In this document: in pieces, positions 29,950 through 37,747 of the stretch
Layout: each line of letters begins with the position of its first letter
Position numbering within the stretch: position 1 is the stretch's first letter
From: Rubripirellula sp.
GTDB taxonomy: Bacteria; Planctomycetota; Planctomycetia; Pirellulales; Pirellulaceae
Direction: 5' to 3'
Assembly: GCA_965216875.1 (NCBI GenBank)
Contig: OZ244207.1
Location: 5,600,001-5,664,000, forward strand
DNA length: 64,000 bases
The notes under the pieces: model-generated
Database searches by the model: none
Seen by the model: only the letters and a program-made list of their open reading frames with translations
Told to the model about the DNA's origin: nothing
Translations under genes and position numbers: made by a program

Positions 29950-30846
29950 TTGGCAGGACGCGTTTTCGCTTCGAATCTATGGAAAACGGCTGCGGTTGCC
30001 GCTGCGCTGATGCTCGGTGGCTGCGGTTCCCTGATTCACCGTCATGACACGCACGCTGTGCCCTACACAACACAGCCACCACATGACTCCGTGGTGAATG
30101 AACAGGCGCGACTACTCAACAAACGTGGCCTTCATGCATTTGAGATTGGTAATCTTCTCAAGGCGGAGCAACTTTTCCGCGAGGCTCTCGAGGCCGACGT
30201 GAACTTTGGCCCAGCGCACAACAACCTTGGCCAAGTCTACCTGGCTCGGCACCAGCTCTATCTTGCAGCTTGGGAATTTGAGTACGCAGCCAATCTCATG
30301 CCCGAACTCGTCGAGCCGATCATTAACCAAGGGTTGGCATACGAAACAGGCGAACGGCTCGAACGAGCTGCGGAGATCTATCAAGACGCATACTCGCGAC
30401 TGCCCAGTCATCCGGTCGCGATAGCAAGCTTGGTTCGCTGCAAGGTCAAACTCGATGCGGATCCTTATGAGATTGCTTTCTTGCTGGACGAGCTGATCAT
30501 GCACGACGGGCGTCGTGAATGGGTCGAGTGGGCAAAGGAGTTGCGAGCAACCAAATACCGTAACGATTGCTTGGAATGCGGCGAGCACCAGTCGCATCAG
30601 CAGTTCGACGACCAGTCATCGGATCGTCAACCAAGCTTAGGGCGAGATGAGTTCGATCGTGAATCGGATTCACTCAGACGCGAGTTGTTGCCGATGACCG
30701 AGCCAGTGCCCGGCCGGCCAGATGACGAGTCAACAGAGAGTACGAAGCCGAGCGTGCTTCTGCCTGGGGATGGAACTGCAGACCGGTCGCTCGGGTTCGA
30801 GCTGCCACCGATCCCAAATGATGTAACCCAAGGGCCACGCGAATGA
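29950..30846 (+). CDS. TPR lipoprotein (PilF/PilW pilotin-like)
   Basis: Lipobox LMLGGC; TPR motifs AHNNLGQVY and NQGLAYE; directly upstream of the secretin. Confidence 0.75.
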   Translation: MAGRVFASNLWKTAAVAAALMLGGCGSLIHRHDTHAVPYTTQPPHDSVVNEQARLLNKRGLHAFEIGNLLKAEQLFREALEADVNFGPAHNNLGQVYLARHQLYLAAWEFEYAANLMPELVEPIINQGLAYETGERLERAAEIYQDAYSRLPSHPVAIASLVRCKVKLDADPYEIAFLLDELIMHDGRREWVEWAKELRATKYRNDCLECGEHQSHQQFDDQSSDRQPSLGRDEFDRESDSLRRELLPMTEPVPGRPDDESTESTKPSVLLPGDGTADRSLGFELPPIPNDVTQGPRE

Positions 30847-33191
30847 CCAGAAACAAAATGATCGCGCTGAGATTCGCGGTGTGCCTTGCCTCCATGTTGG
30901 CTGTTGCATTCGGTGGAAGGCTAGCCGCTCAGCCAGTGCCGCCGCAAAAGACAATGCTGCTGCAAGGTGAAGTACCGCTCTCGGGCTTCATCGACTTCAT
31001 GTCAAAACAGCTTGGTGTGCGTATTCTGTATGACGAATCCTTAAGTAAGAAGAACGTCAACCTGATCGCCCCCGATCCAATCCCTGCCGAAAGCCTTCCC
31101 GAGGTTCTGCAGACGGTGTTGATCAATGAGGGGTTGGTGATCACCGACACGGATCGCCAAGGATTCAAGCGGATCACAACTAATGCTCAGATACCGATCG
31201 TGGCTCGTCCGAGCAATGCGTCCGAGGACTTGACCAAAGTTGACGCCGCGGTGCCCCTCACACGCGTGTTTGTGTTGGGCGAAAGTCAGCCGACGAAACT
31301 CGCCGAGCTGATCAAACCTTTTCTTACGGGAACAGGTGCAACGGCGATTCCGCTCGATCGCAGCGGATTGTTGGTTGTGACCGATGTGGCAAGGAACATT
31401 CGCCGCGCCGAACAACTCATACGCGTGCTTGATGGTGAATCGACTCAGGTCGAAATCGAGTTCGTCCCTGCCAGAAATGTTGCGGTCAACGACTTGGCGG
31501 ACCAACTTCGCGAATTGTTGTTGGCAAGAAAGAAGGCGATGGGCACGGGCGAGGACGCTGCGGGTGGACTTGAGGTATCAATCGACGCGCGAACCAACAG
31601 CCTGATTTTAATTGGGACGACGTTCGAAATCACACAGGCACAGCGTCTGCTAAGTCAGCTCGACAAATCGCTCGACACACAACAACGTGCCTTTACCCTT
31701 CGTTTTTTCTCTGCAGAAAAGCTTGATTCGATCGTTCGAGACATTGTCGACGGCCAGCCACTGAAACCTCCGTACCAATCGCGCGTCGAAGGAAACGTGT
31801 TGATCGTCAGTTCGACACCGGAAGTGCTGCAGTTGGTCGACCGAACTCAGAGGCAACTCGATACGCGAGAAGCACCCGAAGGCCAGAGTCCGGTTCGCTT
31901 CTACAAGATCAAGAACGTTCCTGCCCAGGAACTCGTCGAGACGATTCGAGGCATTGGCGGCCGAGTCACCGCGACACCGCAACGACAAACACTTCCGCCA
32001 CGACGCAGAACAACGAACGACATCGCTGTGCCCGGTCCAAACCTGCCAGCACTTCAGTATCCTGGCGAGGCCCAGCCGATCCAGATTCCCCCGACCCCAC
32101 CAGCGGTCCGCGAGCCGATCAATCCAAGCGACCCACTTGCCGCTAGGCTGCCAGCGCTAGCGGACGAAATCACAACGCCGATGGGAGAAGCGTTTGCGCA
32201 GGGCTTTCCACAGGACATCGTCGCGGAGGCTGAGGCCACTGCACCTGAATCTCAAAGCCTGCTCGGTACTGCTGAAGTGACGGTTGACGTGCACACGAAC
32301 ACAATCATTGTCGTCGCACCTCCAGATGTTCAGCGCGTCTACGCGACATTGATTGAGCGGCTCGATCAGCGCCGGCCACAAGTTTTGATCGAAGCTCAGA
32401 TCGTGATCATTGACACGTCTGATGACTACACCCTTGGTGTCGAAGTCTCAGGTGGCGACCGTAGCGGCGTAAAGCGATTGTTCAGCTTTTCGAGCTACGG
32501 CCTGAGTACGGTTGATCCGACGTCGGGGGCACTAAGCATCATTCCTGGTGTTGGATTCAACGGAACTTTGGTTGACCCTGACACTGCGGATGTGGTTGTC
32601 AGAGCGCTAACGACTCATCGCCGAGCACGCGTGCTTTCAGCACCAAGAATTTTGGTAAACGACAACGCGGAAGGGCAATTGACGAGCGTCTTGGAAGTTC
32701 CCTTCACAAGTGTCAATGCGTCACAAACGGTTGCAACCACGAGCTTTGCAGGTTTCGCGGAGGCGGGGACAACAATCACGGCGACGCCAACGATTAGTGA
32801 AGACAACTATTTGCAGCTCGACTACACCGTGACGCTCAACTCGTTCACCGGTGTGGGATCTGACGGTGTGCCCCCTCCACGCCAAACCAATGAGGTTCGA
32901 AGCCGGGTTACAGTTCCCGATGGCTATACCGTGATCGTTGGTGGCCTCACCTCAAAGAACGAATCGTACGAAATCGATTCGATCCCATTTCTTGAGCTGA
33001 TCCCTTTGATCAAGGATCTCAGCAGCCTACAACGCGACAATTGGCAGGAAACGTCATTGTTCGTTTTCCTCAAGCCGATCATCTTGCGTGAGGACAAGTT
33101 CAAAGACCTACGCTTCCTCTCAGATTCCAGCCTGCAAAAAGCCGAGCGCCCCGGCAATTTCCCTGCGAACGAACCACTTACGATCGAGTAA
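30843..33191 (+). CDS. gspD: T2SS outer-membrane secretin
   Basis: Signal peptide, N-domains, RRPQVLIEAQIV, APRILVNDN, VPDGYTVIVGGL and IPFLELIPLI. Confidence 0.93.
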   Translation: MTRNKMIALRFAVCLASMLAVAFGGRLAAQPVPPQKTMLLQGEVPLSGFIDFMSKQLGVRILYDESLSKKNVNLIAPDPIPAESLPEVLQTVLINEGLVITDTDRQGFKRITTNAQIPIVARPSNASEDLTKVDAAVPLTRVFVLGESQPTKLAELIKPFLTGTGATAIPLDRSGLLVVTDVARNIRRAEQLIRVLDGESTQVEIEFVPARNVAVNDLADQLRELLLARKKAMGTGEDAAGGLEVSIDARTNSLILIGTTFEITQAQRLLSQLDKSLDTQQRAFTLRFFSAEKLDSIVRDIVDGQPLKPPYQSRVEGNVLIVSSTPEVLQLVDRTQRQLDTREAPEGQSPVRFYKIKNVPAQELVETIRGIGGRVTATPQRQTLPPRRRTTNDIAVPGPNLPALQYPGEAQPIQIPPTPPAVREPINPSDPLAARLPALADEITTPMGEAFAQGFPQDIVAEAEATAPESQSLLGTAEVTVDVHTNTIIVVAPPDVQRVYATLIERLDQRRPQVLIEAQIVIIDTSDDYTLGVEVSGGDRSGVKRLFSFSSYGLSTVDPTSGALSIIPGVGFNGTLVDPDTADVVVRALTTHRRARVLSAPRILVNDNAEGQLTSVLEVPFTSVNASQTVATTSFAGFAEAGTTITATPTISEDNYLQLDYTVTLNSFTGVGSDGVPPPRQTNEVRSRVTVPDGYTVIVGGLTSKNESYEIDSIPFLELIPLIKDLSSLQRDNWQETSLFVFLKPIILREDKFKDLRFLSDSSLQKAERPGNFPANEPLTIE

Positions 33192-33247
33192 GCGGTCAGC
33201 GCCGTGACCTCTGTTGTCAACCCTCAACACTTTGAGGGCGAGTTTGA

Positions 33248-33275
33248 TTGCACTATAGGAAATCGCCCCTACACT
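33248..33275 (+). promoter_or_regulatory. Putative sigma70 promoter of the element core operon
   Basis: TTGCAC-16 nt-TACACT. Confidence 0.4.
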
Positions 33276-33307
33276 GAGGGTAAGGGTTGCGTTTTCGCTC
33301 CCTTCTT

Positions 33308-33360
33308 GAGGCCGGCTAGGGTAGCTCCCGAACAGCGACCGTTCATCGCCCGCCGGCTCT
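33308..33360 (+). ncRNA. Putative Y-shaped structured leader RNA
   Basis: Outer stem gccggc/gccggc enclosing hairpins ggg-tagct-ccc and gcga-ccgttca-tcgc. Confidence 0.3.
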
Positions 33361-33397
33361 CTTTCTAAGGAAGGAACACGTCGGGGAGGAACGACCG

Positions 33398-34297
33398 ATG
33401 CAAGAAGTCAGTAGTGCCCTTGAGGTAGTCAAGAATCTGTGCAGCCATGCTGGTGATATTACGGCAACAACCCGGCTAGTTGTAGCGAGATGGAATGCCG
33501 GCGATCGCGAGGCGGGACTTACGCAACAGCTCACCGAGGCAGTGCTGCATGACATTAACAATCTCCGGATTGCAGCGGAGCATTTAGATGTGCTCGATTC
33601 CTTGTTGATAAAGGATGGAACGTCTTCTCCCATTGCTGACAAGCTATTCGCCTTGTCCCAAGGCTCAGAAAGAAAGACTGCTCGGTATCGCAACACTCCT
33701 GTCGAAACTTCGCTGGGGTTGCTCGCGCGCCAGGTGCGGGACTTTCTGTTTCGAATTGGAAGCAACGTTGATAGCGTTATCGGGGAGTATTTTATCGAGA
33801 CCAGTTTCTTCGCCGATCCAACGTACTGGCTACGGATCCGGAATCAACTTGAGGTAGAGCTTCGGCGGGCGGGCTGCAAACTTCACGGTCCACTTGCCAA
33901 CGCGTTAGATCTTGCGCTGGTTATACCGTCTGAACTAGCAGCTGATTCGTTGAGTGAGCTCTTTGACTTCATTGAGTCGACTGGGTCAGCCTCTGAACAA
34001 GACGTCCCTACTAAGAAACCGATGACGCCTGCAGAAATAAAAGGCAAGGCATATGCGCTGATTGCCAATGGTGAACGCTACTCTTCCTGTCGAGAACTCG
34101 CGAATGCCGTGGGATGCGCTCGTAGGGCAAAAGCCATCCAAGAAGTATGGCGACAGTGTGGCGAGCGAATAACCAATCCACGTGCAGTGGACCTCCATTG
34201 CAATATTCAAGACCCCTCAGACCAGCTTAACCAACTAATCGACGAACAGGCTTGCGACGACGCCTCTACGGGCAAGCCACAACGCCGCCGAGTTTGA
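33398..34297 (+). CDS. Hypothetical protein with C-terminal HTH-like motif (candidate element regulator)
   Basis: ggagga RBS; YSSCRELANAVGCAR HTH-like segment. Confidence 0.6.
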   Translation: MQEVSSALEVVKNLCSHAGDITATTRLVVARWNAGDREAGLTQQLTEAVLHDINNLRIAAEHLDVLDSLLIKDGTSSPIADKLFALSQGSERKTARYRNTPVETSLGLLARQVRDFLFRIGSNVDSVIGEYFIETSFFADPTYWLRIRNQLEVELRRAGCKLHGPLANALDLALVIPSELAADSLSELFDFIESTGSASEQDVPTKKPMTPAEIKGKAYALIANGERYSSCRELANAVGCARRAKAIQEVWRQCGERITNPRAVDLHCNIQDPSDQLNQLIDEQACDDASTGKPQRRRV

Positions 34298-34443
34298 GCA
34301 TCCTTGCTTAGTGGCGCGCCCGGGCACGCCCACTAAGCAAGAATCTTATCCCGTGTTTTTCGGACGGCAGAGCATTTCGCTGGGCCGTGCGTGCCCATCT
34401 CGCCGGATTGTGAAGGCAGGAGTTATTCACAAGAGGCGATTCA

Positions 34444-34653
34444 ATGCAAACTAAGGTCCCGGTCCAGCTGCTGACCGCCCGTGTCATCGCGGAGCGGATC
34501 GGCGTGCCGATACATCGCGTCCGGCGAATTCTGGAAACTCGGCAAGACATCAAGCCTGCGGCAATGGCGGGCAGGACGCGGTTGTACAACGCAGCAGCGT
34601 TGGCTCGTGTGCGATACGAACTTTCCGTTATCGACGCGAGGCGGAGCAGATGA
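34444..34653 (+). CDS. Small MerR/excisionase-like winged-HTH protein
   Basis: LLTARVIAERIGVPIHRVRRIL...AGRTRLY. Confidence 0.7.
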   Translation: MQTKVPVQLLTARVIAERIGVPIHRVRRILETRQDIKPAAMAGRTRLYNAAALARVRYELSVIDARRSR

Positions 34654-34829
34654 GCGACAAGTTGACGAAACCACAAGCAGATGCGCTCGCAGTTCTGCTC
34701 CTTACATTAATGGCACCGGAACTGCCGAAGTCGAAGGAAGTGGATGACCCGGCACTTTCCCCGACACATTCAATTGCCTTACCGACCAGGTGCAACGCCA
34801 ATTCCAACCAGCATGGAGGTAACGCATGA
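34650..34829 (+). CDS. 59-aa hypothetical protein (absent from the ORF track)
   Basis: Open frame MSDKLTKPQ...GGNA with ATGA overlaps at both ends. Confidence 0.5.
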   Translation: MSDKLTKPQADALAVLLLTLMAPELPKSKEVDDPALSPTHSIALPTRCNANSNQHGGNA

Positions 34830-35638
34830 GAGGGTTTGCAAAACTCGAAAGATCGATTCTTGAGTCGTGTGTCGCTGACTCTGACGAGCTGCTAGGCCTT
34901 TACACCCGACTGCTACTCACGGCCAATTGGAAACCGCGGACCTTTAAAGGGATTCGAATCGAGCCAGGCCAGATGGTGCTATCCGACCGGTCACTGCGTG
35001 ATCGGCTTTATGGTGGCGCGGATGAGGCACCTTGCATCAATACGGTCAAGAAACGACTGGCCATGCTCGCATCGCTAGGTGTGATTAGAGTTGAGACCAT
35101 CAAACGACATCGGATTGTGTCGATCGCGTCAAGTATTGGCGCGGAGGGTGCGTCAAGCTTTGGCGCATGGCCCCCAGTCACGCCAGATTCTGACGCGATC
35201 GATGGCGCACAACTTGGTGCGAACTTTGGCGCAGAAAGAAGAAGAGAAAGAAAAGAGAAGAATGGAGAAGATACTTCCGTCAATGTCGAGCTGTCAGGCC
35301 GGTTCAAAGATGTCTTTGACGGTTGGAACGCTAGAGCTCAGGTAGTAGGCGATCCGTCACGAATGCCCTTGGTTCGCTCATTGAGCAAAGACCGACAGAC
35401 AAAGCTAAAGACGCGCCTAAGCGAGCAGACGTTCCGGGAGAACTGGCGACGTGCGATCGCCATGCTTCCGATACCAGCCAAGCGGGGATTCGATTGGTCA
35501 CCCAAATTTGATTGGCTCATCCAGAACGAGACCAACATTTTGAAGTTGGTCGAGGGCAACTATCACTCAGCAGACCCTCACGCTCGTGCTGGCGTCGACT
35601 TCGATCCGGAATACGGTGACTACGGGAAGGGTTTTTGA
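34826..35638 (+). CDS. Phage-type replication initiator (lambda O/replisome-organizer-like)
   Basis: N-terminal LYTRLLLTANWK...PGQMVLS winged helix; C-terminal FDWLIQNETNILKLVEGNY; coupled to a DnaC-like gene. Confidence 0.7.
   Translation: MRGFAKLERSILESCVADSDELLGLYTRLLLTANWKPRTFKGIRIEPGQMVLSDRSLRDRLYGGADEAPCINTVKKRLAMLASLGVIRVETIKRHRIVSIASSIGAEGASSFGAWPPVTPDSDAIDGAQLGANFGAERRRERKEKNGEDTSVNVELSGRFKDVFDGWNARAQVVGDPSRMPLVRSLSKDRQTKLKTRLSEQTFRENWRRAIAMLPIPAKRGFDWSPKFDWLIQNETNILKLVEGNYHSADPHARAGVDFDPEYGDYGKGF
35126..35262 (+). repeat. Iteron-like repeats plus purine tract inside the initiator gene (putative origin)
   Basis: gcgtcaag(ta/ct)ttggcgc at 35126 and 35150; tg(g/a)(c/t)gc at 35191, 35203, 35215 and 35227 (12-bp period); A/G-only tract 35233-35262. 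Confidence 0.55.
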
Positions 35639-36249
35639 TGATCACAGCTGCCGAAACCTGCCTTGACTATCTAGACCGGAAAGTTGGGGAACGGTACCGC
35701 AACTGCACGATTGACGGATTCGAACTCGTTCATCCTTCGGTCGAGCATGCCAAAGCACTCTGCCGGAACTACGTCACTAGCTTTCGGAGTCACTTCGCTG
35801 ACGGACGGGGCCTTGTCTTTATTGGCCCGAAGGGAACGGGAAAGGATCACCTAATGATTGCGGTCATGCGAGCAATTATTCGAGGCTACGACATTCAACA
35901 GCCAGGCCGCGTTCGCTATGAGGACGGAATGAAGTTCTATCGTCGATGCAGAGATACATTCAAATGCGACGTGCCAGAAGAAACCATTATCGAGCCGCTT
36001 TATTTCCCACACTTGCTCGGCCTTTCTGATCCCATTCCTCCGAGTGGTGAACTGTCCGAGTACGAGCAGAAAGTTCTGTTCGCACTTGTCGACCAAAGAT
36101 ACCGTCATTGCAGGCCAACCGCCGCAACCATCAACGTCCGCGAACGCGATGAGCTTGACCGCCGCATGGGAAGCCAAATCGCTGACCGCCTTTGCGATAG
36201 AGCAATTGTCGTGAAGTGCTTTTGGAAGTCCCACAGGAACGTACAGTGA
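35635..36249 (+). CDS. DnaC/IstB-like AAA+ helicase loader
   Basis: RYRNCTIDGF, Walker A GPKGTGKD, LVDQRY...TIN and GSQIADRL. Confidence 0.85.
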   Translation: MMITAAETCLDYLDRKVGERYRNCTIDGFELVHPSVEHAKALCRNYVTSFRSHFADGRGLVFIGPKGTGKDHLMIAVMRAIIRGYDIQQPGRVRYEDGMKFYRRCRDTFKCDVPEETIIEPLYFPHLLGLSDPIPPSGELSEYEQKVLFALVDQRYRHCRPTAATINVRERDELDRRMGSQIADRLCDRAIVVKCFWKSHRNVQ

Positions 36250-36356
36250 CTCCACTGCGGGTCCTTTCTGAGGGCCAATGTAAACGGTGTGCCACCCCCC
36301 TCGACGCAAACAATGACACAGTGCGTGCGTGTCCGCCAAACTGACAGGAGCCTAAC

Positions 36357-36578
36357 GTGCGAAAGATCAACACGGATGGATTGAAGATCGTTGTCGTCCC
36401 CAGGGCGAGATGCCCTGAGTGTGGAGGGCATGCCTTAAAGACCGTTCGATCCGTCAGATCTCAAGACATGTCCGCGACACGTTACACAGCTTGCAAGTCC
36501 TGCGATGCGAGGTTCATCGTGATCGTCGATCCGTCAATTGGTCCAGAATTTGGACGAATCGAGATGGACATTTCGTAG
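36357..36578 (+). CDS. Ogr/Delta-like zinc-finger transcription activator
   Basis: CPECG...TVRS...RYTACKSCDARF; caggag RBS. Confidence 0.65.
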   Translation: MRKINTDGLKIVVVPRARCPECGGHALKTVRSVRSQDMSATRYTACKSCDARFIVIVDPSIGPEFGRIEMDIS

Positions 36579-36611
36579 TATTCACTAACTTGCTTCACGG
36601 AGTGAATAGAC

Positions 36612-36824
36612 ATGCCAACTTTAGACGTTATCGCCATCGGCCGACTGTCCGGCGAATTGCAGACACCTGTGCAACGGTTACGAGAGATCGTGACTGAGTT
36701 ACGTATCGAACCAACTGCGATCATCAACAATATCGAACACTTCGATCGCATCGATGCGGAACGAATCGCCATGCACATTCGAAGCACCCATCCCCGTTCG
36801 GGTCCTTCCGAGACATTGGCGTAG
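36612..36824 (+). CDS. Second small HTH protein, similar in pattern to 34444-34653
   Basis: IAIGRLSGELQTPVQRLREIV...IEPTAIINNIEHF. Confidence 0.55.
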   Translation: MPTLDVIAIGRLSGELQTPVQRLREIVTELRIEPTAIINNIEHFDRIDAERIAMHIRSTHPRSGPSETLA

Positions 36825-37026
36825 CTCTCAGAGATTTACGCCCTCGACCGATCCAGACACAATCCGTCCGGCATGCCTGTTCATTTCGGCAGCGCGTCCT
36901 CCTGGAGGGGCCTACCCCTGTCGCGGGTTCCACTCCGAACACAAAACTCGCACGCAGGATTTTCCTGAGGGCACCACCACCACCACATTCACCCAGCCCC
37001 AGGATTTGGAAAACAAGGAAACGACC

Positions 37027-37734
37027 GTGCTCTACTTCATTGAAGGCATCAAAGCGACAAGCAAGGACGTGCTGGAGCAGCATGGTCTTGATCACTTGGT
37101 TGGTAATCAAGCGGGCGGCCGCGAATCGGGCACTGGCCCTGGTGGGAAACCTGGCTGTTTAGTCGTCGATCAATCCCGATTCAAGCGGATCCAGTTTTCT
37201 CCTGACCAGCAAACTTGGGAGCCACGGTTCGGTTATCCCGGCACTTGGGTTGGCATGTGGAACGACAGCCCACCTGGCCCGGAAGAATTGGCGAGTGAAA
37301 AGCAACTTGATGGCCCGGTCGTTCGGTTGCTCGATGGGAACCTCTGGCAGATTCCGCTGTTGCGGGAATGGTCTTTGTTTGAGGGCGATGTGGTCTATGA
37401 GTGCTGTCTGCCGAGGGTCTTTATGCAATGTCAAGAAACGGGGAGATTGAAACCTGGGGATGTTGTGCGGCAGTATCGGCAACTGTGGGACGACTCGGTC
37501 ACCGTTACTGAAGCCATGTTGGGTGGTGGACGCAGCGACAATGATCCTGAGTTCGATAGCCGGTTTTTGGATCAGTTCTTGGGCTCGCTCTTGGCCGCCA
37601 ACTATCAGGTTTCGCTAACCGAAATCAGCTTGCTTCAGCTCATCGATGAGGGTCTTTCTGGCGAAGTGATTCGAGCATCCATTGGCTGGCAAAGCGTTCT
37701 TGATTTGTCCGCTGAACTTCAATGCCAAAACTAA
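37027..37734 (+). CDS. Hypothetical phage protein, candidate tail-assembly chaperone
   Basis: GTG start with aagga RBS; sits immediately upstream of the tape-measure-like gene (function is a positional inference). Confidence 0.5.
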   Translation: MLYFIEGIKATSKDVLEQHGLDHLVGNQAGGRESGTGPGGKPGCLVVDQSRFKRIQFSPDQQTWEPRFGYPGTWVGMWNDSPPGPEELASEKQLDGPVVRLLDGNLWQIPLLREWSLFEGDVVYECCLPRVFMQCQETGRLKPGDVVRQYRQLWDDSVTVTEAMLGGGRSDNDPEFDSRFLDQFLGSLLAANYQVSLTEISLLQLIDEGLSGEVIRASIGWQSVLDLSAELQCQN

Positions 37735-37747
37735 GGATGGTACAGCC

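Noticed and set aside
10451..33191. Type IV pilus or competence pilus locus
   Set aside because: GspG- and GspK-specific motifs and a GspD-type secretin are present, and no PilT retraction ATPase is seen.
29909..33240. cactt(t)tgagggc motif at about 29910 and 33228
   Set aside because: Only 12-13 bp and two copies, so it cannot be distinguished from chance.
35635..36249. IS21 IstB helper ATPase
   Set aside because: There is no IstA transposase or terminal inverted repeat, and the gene is coupled to a phage-type initiator, so a DnaC-like loader fits better.
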